DNA of 61,156 nucleotides, filler included, from Porpidia crustulata (Eukaryota): NCBI GenBank assembly GCA_964255105.1. It is 13 parts of 13 records of this genome, joined end to end, with 100 filler letters (N's around TTAATTAATTAA, not from the genome) between each part and the next. Parts side by side here need not be neighbours in the genome. Positions count along the whole stretch, not along the records: positions 23,630 to 28,241 come from CAXUWE010002036.1; positions 28,342 to 32,951 come from CAXUWE010002037.1; positions 33,052 to 37,660 come from CAXUWE010002038.1; 10 more parts are not named here. One strand, 5' to 3'. Shown piece by piece: positions 24,740 to 36,779 of this stretch (position 1 is its first letter; each line of letters starts with the position of its first letter). The notes under the pieces were generated by a model. It saw only the letters and a program-made list of their open reading frames with translations, ran no database searches and was not told where the DNA came from. The position numbers and the translations under genes were made by a program.

Positions 24740-25765
24740 ATGTTGATGGTGGTATGGTTTCTGCTTCGACAAGGTTGGATATGCAGTTCAGTCCTTTCTG
24801 ATTTCGTGACTAATGAGACTTTAAGGATTAGGGGTTCAATTGCCGTCAGTAATGATGTAAACGCCGACAACCACAAGTTAAAGGAAGTAATTAATGTAGA
24901 CGATGATATCGGCCTTGACAAAAGCCGTCGTGGTATACTGACCTTCCCGAGTCCTAATGAATTCACGTGGTGTGCGTGGGCAGGTGTCGCGACCGGCGAT
25001 CCCAGGTCTTTTGGGAGGCCACCGATTTGGAGAACAACTGTCAAGAGCGATACTATTCCCTACCATGGAGTAGACCCTCACAGACATATCAAGCAACATT
25101 CCGCCGGGGTCGCAAAACTCCCATCAGGCCTTTTGGCTGACCGTTGTCCGACCTGTTCCGCCGATCTGGAGCTCCGTGATCGCACTTACGATATGATCCT
25201 CTCTGCATGTCCGTTTTGCGACACGGAGCGTCCTAGGCAGGCAGAAGTCTCTCTTGGGGAAATGCATCTCGATTGGGTTCCTCCAATCAGGGTGCCAACG
25301 AGTATTTTGCTCCCGAATGACAGTGTCGCTAAACAACACTTGAGGCCTCTACCTTCTCCAGATTTCGAGACCCGTTTCTTGTACGAGCAAAGAGCGTATC
25401 CGGGCTATGATGTGAGCGCGTTTAATCCACTCGAGGATCCATGGAAGCCAACACAATTGCCCCAGGCCTCGGTTAATTTCCCGATAAGTGATGTACCATC
25501 AATCGACAGGACATCGCAGGGAAGCTCGCGGTTTCCTTCTGAAACTCTAGGCTCATTTAGGCAACGACCATATATAGCCTGCAACGTCTGTGAAGCCGAT
25601 GTTCTTGAGGAACCATGGCCGCCAGAAGACAACTGGAAAAAACCGATGGCCTTAAGAAATGAAGCGAAAATTTCGAGACGAGGGCTCCAAAGGCCCAGCA
25701 AAGCGATCCAAGCAATAGAATTGGAAATGTATGTGCCGACCCTAATCAAGGCAGAAGCTCGCTGA
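24740..25765 (+). CDS. Hypothetical protein with three CxxC motifs (exon boundaries uncertain)
   Basis: 341-aa open frame containing CPTC, CPFC and CNVC; no family recognised. Confidence 0.45.
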   Translation: MLMVVWFLLRQGWICSSVLSDFVTNETLRIRGSIAVSNDVNADNHKLKEVINVDDDIGLDKSRRGILTFPSPNEFTWCAWAGVATGDPRSFGRPPIWRTTVKSDTIPYHGVDPHRHIKQHSAGVAKLPSGLLADRCPTCSADLELRDRTYDMILSACPFCDTERPRQAEVSLGEMHLDWVPPIRVPTSILLPNDSVAKQHLRPLPSPDFETRFLYEQRAYPGYDVSAFNPLEDPWKPTQLPQASVNFPISDVPSIDRTSQGSSRFPSETLGSFRQRPYIACNVCEADVLEEPWPPEDNWKKPMALRNEAKISRRGLQRPSKAIQAIELEMYVPTLIKAEAR

Positions 25766-26063
25766 AAACCATGCCCTACTCATCACCCAAAGACCGTCTC
25801 TTCAAATTGGCATCGGTAACAAGTGTACTAATCAATGGATTTCATGGATAACATTCTGAGGGAGACTTGAAGATATGGATAGTAGTGAGGAATCGGACGA
25901 AAAGGCAGTCCATTGAGGTTTCAAACCCTAGAAAATCAAAGGAGCGAAGTACAGGAAAACGGATGCGTAGTCTCCGCTCTATGTGTATGACCAGTCAGGC
26001 CCCTTCCCAGGAGGTTTTCGGGACGTGGATTGTTCAGATAATTCCCTCCGCAAATCCTCCCAT

Positions 26064-26954
26064 CTACTGAGCGTACTTCTCCCCCGTACCACGCTTAACC
26101 GCAGGACGCTCAGCAATGCGGTCGATGTATTTAATCAAATGCGGAAAAGGACCCATATCCTCCTTTGTGAGACCAGAAAACTCCCACGATTTGAGCCAAG
26201 GCCAAGTTCCAATGTCCGCAACCGAGTATTTCCCTTTACCATTGCCAGCAAGGTAATCACGCGGCTTCCCTGTGTATTTGCCAGAGAGGTGAATCTCAAG
26301 AACGCCATATACTCGAAGGGTTTCGTTCTTGAAGCGCTCGATGGCGTCTAGGGCCAAGAATAAGCAGAGTTTCTGGTACGAATGACTTATGACATCATAC
26401 ATGGAATTTTCTCCTTAGCAAACCTATTGAAATGATTCATCTGGCCTTGATAGGGCGCGCCCGACCCATGCCAGAAGAAGAGCCACTGCAGGGCTTGGCT
26501 CCGCTCTAACTCGTCCTTGAAACCAAACTCATCGTTTTTATCGGCGAATTTGAGGAGGTAGAGAAGCTCTGCGCTGGTCTCCATGACTGTGAACGGTGGC
26601 GACTGCGTATTGTCGACAATCACGGGGATACGACCATTGGGGTTGAGTCGAAGGAACCAATCCTTTTTCTGTTCGTTGGTCATGATGTTGCTGGGTGACT
26701 GGGTCAGGTTGGTAGCTAGATCAAGATTTCAAACATGCGCACATCTTGGTGGTGGTCCATTCCGTGCCATAAATGTCTGCAAGCTCCTCCAGCATGATCT
26801 GTACTTTCATGCCATTCGGAGTGTTCATGGTGATGAGATGAAGACCCTAACGCAGAGAATTAGCTAAATCTAAATCTTTACTTCAGAATAGAAGTACTAC
26901 CTTGGCGTTCTTCACCTCAGCGGGCGTTGTATCATCGTACAGTGAGTGTGACAT
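26064..26954 (-). CDS. Glutathione S-transferase (Ure2p-like), multi-exon
   Basis: TPNGMKVQIMLEEL, FLRLNPNGRIPVI, METSAELLYL, YSVADIGTWPW, RIAERPAVKRG. Confidence 0.92.
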
Positions 26955-28241
26955 TTTGCGTATACTTGAGGCTGATATATCCCGTGATTTTGGTCTTATT
27001 TGATGAGTCAATTGAGTTGCTCTGCGGATAGATCGAAGCATAAAGGTCAAGAGAAGACATGCGAAATATATGATATAAGACGTTGGGAGATCAATACAAA
27101 ACGATATGTCATCCCGTACCTTGATTAACGCCGAGGATCCGGCAGGGCTGACGTTTGGATATCAAATCCACGCTAGCCAAATTCTATTCTAAATTCCTTC
27201 TTGTTCTCAGACGCAGAGGTCAGGACCAATTCTGTATCGCTGAACAGTAATTCAGCCTGTGATCTAATGTAAGAAGATGGGATGGATTTTCCGGAGTATT
27301 CTGTCAACGACTCTCATGCTTCCCAGCGGACAACATCTGTGATGCTTCCTCTGATTCCATGCCATTTCACCGCTGCATCACAAAGTCCCCGGGTCTCATC
27401 GGATCTCGCTACTCGATAACTACCATCTCGTTACGTTTTGTATGCTGCTGCTGAGCTGGTTGAACGTTTTAAGGCAAAAAATGCGAAACCGAAGATTGAC
27501 TACATACATCTCCCTATGCGTCTTTCTGGCTGTCTTGGACTGCGGGTTTCTTCTGACAGAAGGTTATCTTTCAAAGCTCATTTTCAGTTATTACGGCAGA
27601 TCCATGGACGACTAGTTTGTAAAGATGGTTCTTGCGATACAATTCCTTGCGGAATGCCTATGATAAGCATAGATACTTCATGCCGAAGATTTTGGAGTGG
27701 GTCGTCGAGTAGACTCTTTGAGCTTTTTCTGTTAGAGATGTCTTCTGGTTTCTTTGCTTTCAAGTATCATTGCTTGGTCATGGCTTGTCTGATTTTCGTT
27801 ACCTGATGTGCGTAAGAAACTTGAGAACCTCATCTAGCCGATCACCCATTTCAACTTATAGCATGTCTGCGTCGTCTCTTCAATCCCTACAATGTCAAAG
27901 CCCACTGTTACGAAATGGAACCAACGAGCACAACCGCGAATCTTTCACCTGCGAGTCCCTCGACTGCAAGGAGCTAAAAACTCATCGCCAACGATAAGAT
28001 TACAGGTGACTACTGATCCGCTCGCGCCAAAACACAGATGGAAACAAGAAGAGCATGAAATCATCGAACCGGTCGCCGGAGCGTTCCCTCGACAGACCTG
28101 ACCGTCAAGAATCAAAAGACCAACCTATGTCTCCTAACCCCTCTCACGAAAATAATGCACCGAAGCGTAAATCACCACCCAAGCTCCCCGCAACCTCCAG
28201 AAGACTCCTCAGTCCACCCACCATAGTCACCCCTTCCTCGC

Positions 28242-28341
28242 NNNNNNNNNNNNNNNNNNNNNNNNNNNNNNNNNNNNNNNNNNNNTTAATTAATTAANNN
28301 NNNNNNNNNNNNNNNNNNNNNNNNNNNNNNNNNNNNNNNNN
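28242..28341. other. Artificial contig spacer
   Basis: N44-TTAATTAATTAA-N44. Confidence 0.99.
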
Positions 28342-28459
28342 GTTGGAGGAGAGGGCGAAGGAGGAGGCGGTGGCGGGCGGAAAAGGGGAAGAGGGAGAAA
28401 AGGGAGAAGGCCGGGAAAAGGGGCTGGAGGAGGATATCGAGGTCGCGGACCCGGATTAG
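28342..28459 (+). CDS. Probable C-terminal fragment of an unknown gene
   Basis: Open frame LEERAKEEAVAGGKGEEG...IEVADPD-TAG from the contig start, followed by AT-richer sequence. Confidence 0.3.
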
Positions 28460-29186
28460 GGGACGCTCCTAGCCTTGGGGCGTTCACTGCATCGAGCATG
28501 ACGATAGTAATGTAAATATATGCAACGATATTACCTTTGTCATACCATTTCCTCACCCCCTTTTACTTCTACTTCCCCACTAGACACACGCAAACACCCC
28601 CAACCCGCAACTCCTCCCGAAACACTCTTATCATTCTCTTTTTCCTCTCTTCATTTTCTCCTTCATTCTTCTTCGTCATTCGTGCATTTCATCTCTGAAA
28701 GTGTGGAGAGGTAGGGTTTTGAATGGGATATATAAATTAGTGATGTAGTAAATAAAGCTGTATGTAAAGTCATTGTATAGATGATGTTTATGAAGCTATT
28801 GATCTTATTTTCGAGGTGTTGTAGCTGACGTCGAGTAGATTATAGATTTCCTGAAACATAGCCCTATTGATTGGTTAAGCGTGGTGGGTAGATGGATTTG
28901 TTTTTGATATCCACTGAACTTGACGACAATTCCAATGTTGAACGAGACATTTGGGGAAGATGTACTTTTTATGTATATTTTATGCCCAAGCGCTGCACAA
29001 ATTTTATGCATGCCTTGCGTCACTACAGGTTCTTCCACCATATCAACGGCAGCGCCAGAGAATCGTAGGATTTCATCGAATGATTGCCAGTATTGACAAA
29101 TATTTACTCCTAAAATACACTCCATCATCTTATATACAAGCCAATACAACCGATCGAACCAAAGCAAACAGAGCACTCGCTCAGCT

Positions 29187-30043
29187 TCAAACAATAATAC
29201 ACCCCTCAGCAGTATCACAACTCTTGTACGCCGCCATGAATTTCGCATACACCGACTGTGGCTGCGCAACCCCATCATGCGCATATGCAGGATCCTGCTG
29301 ATCCATCGGCAATCTCTCATTATTAGCGCAATTCGTCCTAACAAAGATCGTCGCGCCAAGAACTCCCTTTCCGTCCGATGTCCTTGCCGGCTGCGTGGTA
29401 CAGATGTTTCCAAACGTTTTCGGGTTGTGGCATTTCCCGTCCTCCCACAAGTCGGCGGTAGTGACGGTCCCGCTGCGGTGATCGGTTAGCGAGGTTCGGT
29501 GACGGAGTTGGGGGTTGGGTTTCGGGGGACTTACCAGGAGTGATGGAGTTGCGGGAGGAAAGTGAAATAACCACATTCGCCCGCTTTGAGATTCACCGAT
29601 GTGGACTGCAGGACTGTTGTTGCGTCCGCATAGCTAAAGCCTCCGGTCATGCCCAAAGTGAATAATTTGGTCCAAGCAGCGTTGACGGTGCCGGAATATG
29701 TGTACGTGAACGCTTTGCTCTCCGTGATGGTGCATGTCAAGGGTCCGTGACAATAAGGATTTTTGACCACGGGCTTTTCTTGATCATAGGTGAATTCTTG
29801 ACGGATCTCGCAGTATGACCCGCAACTTTGGTCGCCTCGGGTGGGACAGCTTCCGTCTGAGTTCATGATGTTTTTGGCAGGGCACAGATCCCCACCATAC
29901 TCTTTGTATAGTATCGGAGTTCCACCAGGCGCGCAGGGGCTTGCAGTTCGGGAGTTTAGATTGGTGGCCTGGAGCGGAGACGCATCGACTAGAAGGATAG
30001 CGCCTAGAGCAGCAACACCGTAGATGGAACGGTTGGGGATCAT
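29187..30043 (-). CDS. Secreted Cys-rich protein (264 aa), possible aerolysin/ETX-MTX2-like beta-pore-forming fold
   Basis: Signal peptide MIPNRSIYGVAALGAILLVDA; 62-nt intron 29473-29534 with CTAAC branch joins two ORFs in frame; 14 Cys; Ser/Thr-rich amphipathic segment. Confidence 0.8.
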
Positions 30044-31877
30044 GTTGAAGTGTGGAGTGTTCAAGTATCTTCAGGAAATGTAGTAGAAAGAAATCTGCTT
30101 GTCAAGCGCAGGTCATGTACAGGTTATGTTTAGACTTCTGATTGATAAATAGACATGTCTCTTCGTGACGGACGTTGATACGAAATATATAGTCCTGACC
30201 AAGAAGGAATTATGTCAATTAGCTGAATAGCTGAAAGCCGCCACCAACGAGAGTAATCTTCCGCCAGTTTCAGATTCTTCACAACTGCGCCGACTCGAAC
30301 ACCTGAGGACAAGAAGACAAGACATGGTGCGGAATTGGAGTATGGCACGAACGCGGCTGTACCTTGAGCGTGCTGGAAATTGGTACCATCATTTACAACG
30401 ATTGACCCACTGACTAGCGAAGGAAAGCTGGAGGGGGCTGCATGTAAAACCTGCCTATCTAGTAGCGAGCTTAAGATTTTCCAATATATGAAATAAACAT
30501 AGAAATAAAATACTAAGAGTAGGCGTAGATGCTTTGAGCCTTAGTCAAGCGAGTTCTCACTGCTTGTTCTGAGGATAGGAAATGCCAGGACTGCTGACAT
30601 TCCTTATGAGAGCCTAGACAACAATGTTAACGAAGAAAGTCTATTTGACTATGCCTCGAATTTTAAGAAATCAATGACAACGAGGACGGCCCCTAGAGCT
30701 AGTTAAGACTCGTTAATCTCAGGGATGTCCTAGGCGGCTTTGGGTTGATCTTGGGCGGGGTTCCCAGCTAGCTCTAAGTGCCATGATCAATCCTTCTTGT
30801 ATTTCGAACGCCATGCGTGCCTGGGTTTTTTGCTAACAGAACTCCAAAGTCGGGCGCCAAGGCTTTGAAGTCTGCGGTCATCTTCCCTCCATGCCTGCTC
30901 GACTGCTGAGCGCATAAGGTCTCAACTCTTTAGGCTCAATCACGGCCAGCACTAATAAAAGACCAAAGTATGATTGGTTTAAGCAGGTCTAAGTTTCGCG
31001 TACTCTGTGGTAGCGTATCTGAAATTGAGTGTAGGACTGTGCGGCTGAAGATTGGTCGTTGAATTTGGAGAATCAGATTACATCTTGGTCGTGGCTCAAC
31101 GTGCGGCACTGCCAGAGGTTGAATAATTAGTCGCTGCATTACTGCAAGGTCCAGAAGTAACGATATGCTCGTCCGCTTAATGAAACTTGGCGTGATGGCT
31201 GTGCCGAGTAGTTACTCTCGTTTCGTTTCATACGAGAGTTTTAGACATAGACGCTCTTGGCGATGAAATCTGGGATTTCTGGACTGTTGTTGACGTCCTG
31301 GACTTGAATTTGGGAAGCCTCAGCATCTTCTGTCATAGTGTCTGTCTTTCTTCAAGACCTCAACAACTAGACAATGTTAGGTACCTACTTTCCTCTCAGC
31401 TTGGCTGTGGCAGTACTCGTTTGTGTCTCCATCTCGGAATAATTTAATGGAATATCACCAACATCGAGCCTCAGGCATTTGCATAATAGATATCATGAAC
31501 ACCTATCTCAGTAGGAGCGAACTATCATGCTCAGTTTGACGTTCAGTCGTGCAGCCCGTGTGATTCGGGAAATAGAATCCATAGAGGTGGAATGATCACA
31601 TGACTTCGCTTTGTTGTCCAGTACGACTGTTTACGTGTAAACAAAACGTCTTGCCCAGCCATCATGGGAAGATAGATCCCAACCACCAACACCACCCACG
31701 AGCAATGTTTGACTTCGAAAGTATAATGACTAAACGTCTCAAAGCTATACCCATAATCGATCCATTCCGTGGATAGTGTCTACAAATCGCCGACAAATCC
31801 AATGCAAATTGAGCACAATACTACGAGCTCCGGCTTCGAGACCTGAATAATATTCAATTCATCCCTCCGTCGCAGCC

Positions 31878-32951
31878 ATGGCTCCTCTTTCCACGGAGAT
31901 CAACCTCTCTTCCACCTCCCTTAATCTCGAGACCCGCTCCTCAGACCGCTCACCTATAGCTCTTTTCAAACGCCGATTTCTCTCAGCTCCCCAAACCCTC
32001 TCCAAACGCAGCACCAATCTCTCTCCGCTTGACGCAGGTTCCTATCTTACAACTCGCAATGCCGCTCCTCCTTCCAATCCCACCACCCAACCTGGTAGCG
32101 GCTCATTTGACCCGCACAACGTCAACAATAAAGGTATCCTCGCGCTCTTCGGCCTCATAGGCGTTGGCATGGTTCTTGCAAGCATATGGTTTTTCTTCTG
32201 GGCGAAGAACGGAGGGTTCAGCTGGAGGAAGGGTGATTGGGACGATTACAAGTCCACCGTCTTGAGGCGCAAAGGACCAAATGGCACGACGCTCAGCGGA
32301 GCGACTAAGACCACAGAGCTAGGCGGTGGAAGCGTGGTCGGTAACCATGACCGTGACGACGAAGTCAACTTCATGAAACCCGGCGCCCAGAAGAATGGCC
32401 GCAAGTCCAAGACCCCCCGCGGCAATAAAAACGGCCACGACAATGACGTGCGCGCCTACCGACACGAGAAACCCGCCCGCGTCGGCGGCCTGAACAGAGA
32501 AGCGGACGGCAGCTACCACAACACCGAATACACGGACAGCTACGGCTTCACTGACGCCTCGGACATCTCCCAGCAAAGCATCCACGACGAGAAGAAGCAG
32601 TACTCGCACAAAACCCCCGCCGCCGCCGCTAAAACCCCCACGAAGCAAAAATCTACCTTCTACGCTCAAACCCCATCCTCAACCGACTCGCATCGCCCCT
32701 TGCGCCCCAACGCCGCGCAGCCCGACTCGCGAGACTCCACCCCCTCGCGCTCCCGCCAGCCGTCGCCGCGTAAGTACACGCCCAGCCACGCCCACAAACG
32801 TACTAGCAATCCGTCTGTCCCGGGCAGTTTCGGCAACTACACCGAACCGTTGGACTTTGAATCACGATACACGGCCAGCGAGGCAGACACGGACGGCTCA
32901 AGGGGCACCAAGGCGTATTTCCATCCGATTCCCGGGTTGGGGGCAGGAGGG
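31878..32951 (+). CDS. Conserved fungal single-pass membrane protein (3' truncated)
   Basis: TM GILALFGLIGVGMVLASIWFFFW followed by AKNGGF..RKGDWDDYKSTVLRRKGP and a disordered tail. Confidence 0.8.
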
Positions 32952-33051
32952 NNNNNNNNNNNNNNNNNNNNNNNNNNNNNNNNNNNNNNNNNNNNTTAAT
33001 TAATTAANNNNNNNNNNNNNNNNNNNNNNNNNNNNNNNNNNNNNNNNNNNN
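32952..33051. other. Artificial contig spacer
   Basis: N44-TTAATTAATTAA-N44. Confidence 0.99.
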
Positions 33052-35036
33052 GTGTAGATCTCGAGTGGCTGATGGAAATGACAATGAGCAAAACGAGACA
33101 CCAAAGTCGGATGACGGCCGCGGAGGCGTAGAAATCTCCACCATGTCTCCATTGGTTAGCCAGGAAGAGAGTGAGGCGCCAGCCAACGCCCTGGAACATC
33201 AGCAACAGGGATTGACTCACGCTGAGCCTGTGTGGCGGAATTCCCGTGACCAGTCGTCTGGACAATCTGGCGGCAAAGCCTTGGGATATTCGTCTGCTTC
33301 CAAAACACGTCTCCATCCCGTGGTTGCTGACGAGCGTTTGGAGTTTTTCGGAGGAACAGGCTTTGAGGAGTTAAAGATTGACGAGCCCGGTCATCAACGC
33401 AGCTCCGAACATGCTGCAACAGAGCGAGACTTTTCAGACCAGAAGTCCCGGAAAAGGGTGATCGCTGCAATTGGTCAAGAGCAACGCTCACGTGTAGCCT
33501 GCAAAATTGCCATATACGGACAGTGGTGGAAAGAGCATCACACAGAGCCTCCACGTGCCATCTGGCAGAACAACTTTAACGTCCACTTCTCGCGTCACGA
33601 TACCCTATCCGTGTTTGATAAAGCCAAGACCTACATTGAGCGATTCAGTGGCCAAAACTGGGATTGGTGGCCCTTCAATTCACCCAGGAGGCCTGTCGAA
33701 CTACGAAAGGTTCGAATTCAATGGCTTTGCGTAAGTTCTCGCAGACAGACTCATTGCCATTCCAGAGAATTGACCTTCGCTAGGGATGTGGTGACTTGCT
33801 CTATGTCGATGTTAGTCTTTCGCCTGCGTGGAAGTGCGCCCAGATACGGACATTGCTGGGCAGAGACCGGGCTACAGGGTACGTCTTTTCGCTTCATCAA
33901 TATTTTCTTGTGAATTTATAATAGGTTTCTGGGAGCTATTCTGGATTACTTAGATTATGCTTTGTTCGCTATTTTGGTCTTTATGATTGGGGTCTGAGAG
34001 TTATTCTGGATTACCAAAATTATGTTTATTTTGTCATCTTTGTCCATGAGATAACTGTTTGGGAGCTATTCCGGATCATTGAATTTTTATTCTATTTGCA
34101 TTTTGGCATCTAAGACAGCTCCTCCTGCTCCAGAACCGTGCCGTATCGCTCCACTGACGCTCCAAAATCAGTACCAGCAGGTATGCTCCAAAAGAAGCAA
34201 CAGCTCCCAGAACCACCCTCAAGAGCGATTCAACGCTGAAAACGAGTGCTGTTGAAAGCTCAATTAACACCCAGGGAAGAGCGAGCAACGGCGATCCTGG
34301 CTCTAGTTCAACGGATAGTAAAGGTGATGCCGGAGTTGGTGTGGACGAAGAGAACTGCTATACAGGCTTTAGTAGGCACCACTCCCGTAACATTACTGGT
34401 AGCAATCTATTCGTTCTTTTCGGCATCAACCAGAATTCGAGAGTCGACCACACGCAGATCGAGACCAGTTTCCCGATCTACAATGACGCACGATTCTTCC
34501 GCGACCTCAGATGCCAGTACCGCCATTTGCGGGGCATCTTTCGCTATCGGCTATCTCCATTCATCTTTTCCCACTGCTCATTCATGAAATACACCCGCTT
34601 CTACGTAAATGAGCTTGCACACGTAGGTCCCAGACTCCCGGTCGATCCGGTATACGTCTACAGCCCACGCCGTCCCGGGCCACATGAAAATCCGCCCATT
34701 TCAGCACATGAGTTCAATCGACGTTTCTACTTGAGCCTCTGCAACCCATGTGGAAGGGCCGAGGCGGTAACACGGATTCCGAAGCGCATTCAACGGTTTC
34801 AGACAAATCTGCACGTCAACGGCAGAGAAGATATGTGGGGCTTGCACGTTGAATTGAGGCCAAGTTTCCTCCGTATACTGTTTTGGCAGATCACTATCAC
34901 GGTTGGAGGCTGGGCGCTGATGGCATGGTGGTTGGTAAACCATAAGGAGGACCTGCAGGGGGCCTCTGTACCCATTACGATCATTCTGACAGCGATTGCA
35001 GCGCTCTGGGTACCGTTGTGGGAGAAAATGAAATGA
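33052..35036 (+). CDS. Hypothetical multi-exon fungal protein with two C-terminal TM helices (probably 5' truncated)
   Basis: ORFs 33065-33913 and 34341-35036 linked through introns (about 33731-33783 and about 33879-34117); WDWWPF, PPISAHEF and WGLHVE motifs; hydrophobic C-terminal hairpin. Confidence 0.7.
33931..34080. repeat. Degenerate 65-bp tandem repeat inside an intron
   Basis: GRGAGYTATTCYGGAT recurs at 33931, 33996 and 34061. Confidence 0.75.
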
Positions 35037-35594
35037 GCGATCGGCGTTACGACTTCTGTGTATTCGACAACAGGCATGGAAAATCCAGCGATTGAAGATA
35101 ACTTCTCATTAATACTTGTCAATCAGCGACAAATCAATCTATCCGATCTCAATTCTTCAACTTTAGGTAATACAACGGAGAGCGCATCGCTCATCTTACT
35201 CACTCCCAACCCCATTCCCTCCACCAGCCTCACTAGCCAGCCACCTTAGCCTTCTCCACAACCTGCTCCCCAAAGTCTAGCTAAAAGGATTGGTAAGGCT
35301 TCCGCTGCCACGCAATTCCGGGGATGCTTTGAAACGGAGCAGGTTCCCCATTTTCAAGTGTTCAGGTGGCGGTCGAGCACTCTAGGCAGCTCAAGGCAGC
35401 CACCGAATCGTTTTGGAAAATTACCGATCAATACCATTAGATCAACTCTGTTTGCCGTTTAGTATTTGATCATAATAGGTTCGATTTCCTGTTGGCGCTG
35501 GTACAGTTGGTGTTGTGGTTTTATTATTCTAATTCCGCATTTCTGGCGCTAAAAACAACGAGTGAGCTACATAGCTCATTATGTGGGATAGGAA

Positions 35595-35708
35595 GAAACT
35601 TTTCTGGATATTATTTATATTTTTATTTATATTTATATTTGAATGCTATCAAGGTCTCGAAACTTTCCTAGGCATCACTTATATTTATATTTGAGTACTT
35701 TCAAGGTC
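35595..35708. repeat. AT-rich degenerate tandem duplication
   Basis: TTATATTTATATTTGARTRCTWTCAAGGTC at 35627 and 35679; GAAACTTT at 35595 and 35659. Confidence 0.65.
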
Positions 35709-36335
35709 AAAATGGTAATTTGGGGTTCTGATTGATGGGATGAGGTTAGTGAAACAAAGATATGATGTTGTGGTTCAAGGTCTGCGATGCAAGCTTATCC
35801 CGGCTCTTGGAGGTTTTTTCTTTCAATTTCGTCTGTATACGATTCCCGTTTGCTGGGCAGTGATTGGAGCAAAGACCACTGGTATTCCCCGTGGAGACCG
35901 TCAAACCCCATCTTCGTCGACGACGCTCAAAGCATCATCGGGTGGGGTGCCGTCCCTTATTCATCAGTTATCATGAAATCTGACATGCGGATGTTGGTCT
36001 AGATCAGCTGCAGCTCCTTCAAGGCATTGCTCGGGCAGTCTCGATTGAGAGCGTGAGATGATCTATTTGTCGTCTTGCATCTTTCGGACAGGATGGAGAA
36101 GGGCGAATGCTGAGATTGTAGCATGTTCCGCTCTCCACTGGACTTCTCACCTATAAGTATCCATCTCTTTCTCTTCAAGTTCTCATTAAGATCAATCAAA
36201 GCACCACCAGGAATTTCCTACTATACATAGCATCCTACAATACCTCTTCGACAATCTTCTGGTCAGCTATTGCCATCGCAACACGTCACATCTTTACAAT
36301 CACTCTCAAACACTCCCCCACACAAATTACCAGCC

Positions 36336-36779
36336 ATGATCACCGCCATGAACCTCGCTATTTTCTTCTCCGTCGGCCTCGCCACCATAACCTCAGCAAC
36401 CACTCTCGTAAGTCTCCATCTTAACTTCGAAGCCCCTTGACCTTATCTCCCACTACCGGTCATACATTTCACCAGCACGTCAACAATGGCTGTGTTACCA
36501 TCGATCACCAAAATGTCTGCAAGCAAGGCTGGCACCTGGATACGCCCTAAGCGGAGTGGCAAGGCAACCATTTACGTGAAGATCGAAAATAGGCCCGACG
36601 AGCTATATATTATTCCCGGCTGCAAGCTGGACGCCACGCGACCGGCTTTCTATGGCGACATATTCTACGGGGCGGACGATTGCCTGTATGATGGCCAGGG
36701 AAAGAAGATTAATGACCAGTGTTGTACTAGTACGACATCGGATAGGATTCGCAACCCTTATCATAATATTAATAGCTAG
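36336..36779 (+). CDS. Small secreted Cys-rich protein with apparent frameshift
   Basis: Signal-peptide exon 36336-36407 and intron 36408-36475; exon 2 reaches TAA at about 36548, while the Cys-rich C-terminus continues in the +1 frame. Confidence 0.6.

Noticed and set aside
25127..25138. GGCCTTTTGGCT resembling the U2 snRNA 5' stem
   Set aside because: Not followed by AAGATCAAGTGTAGTA and lies within an ORF; chance match
27382..27390. AAAGTCCCC resembling RNase MRP CR-I
   Set aside because: No downstream GGGGCT CR-V partner or supporting helices found
14192..30043. ABC transporter, aminotransferase, Moco gene, GST and secreted protein as a metabolic or detoxification cluster
   Set aside because: They lie on different, arbitrarily ordered contigs and there is no backbone biosynthetic enzyme
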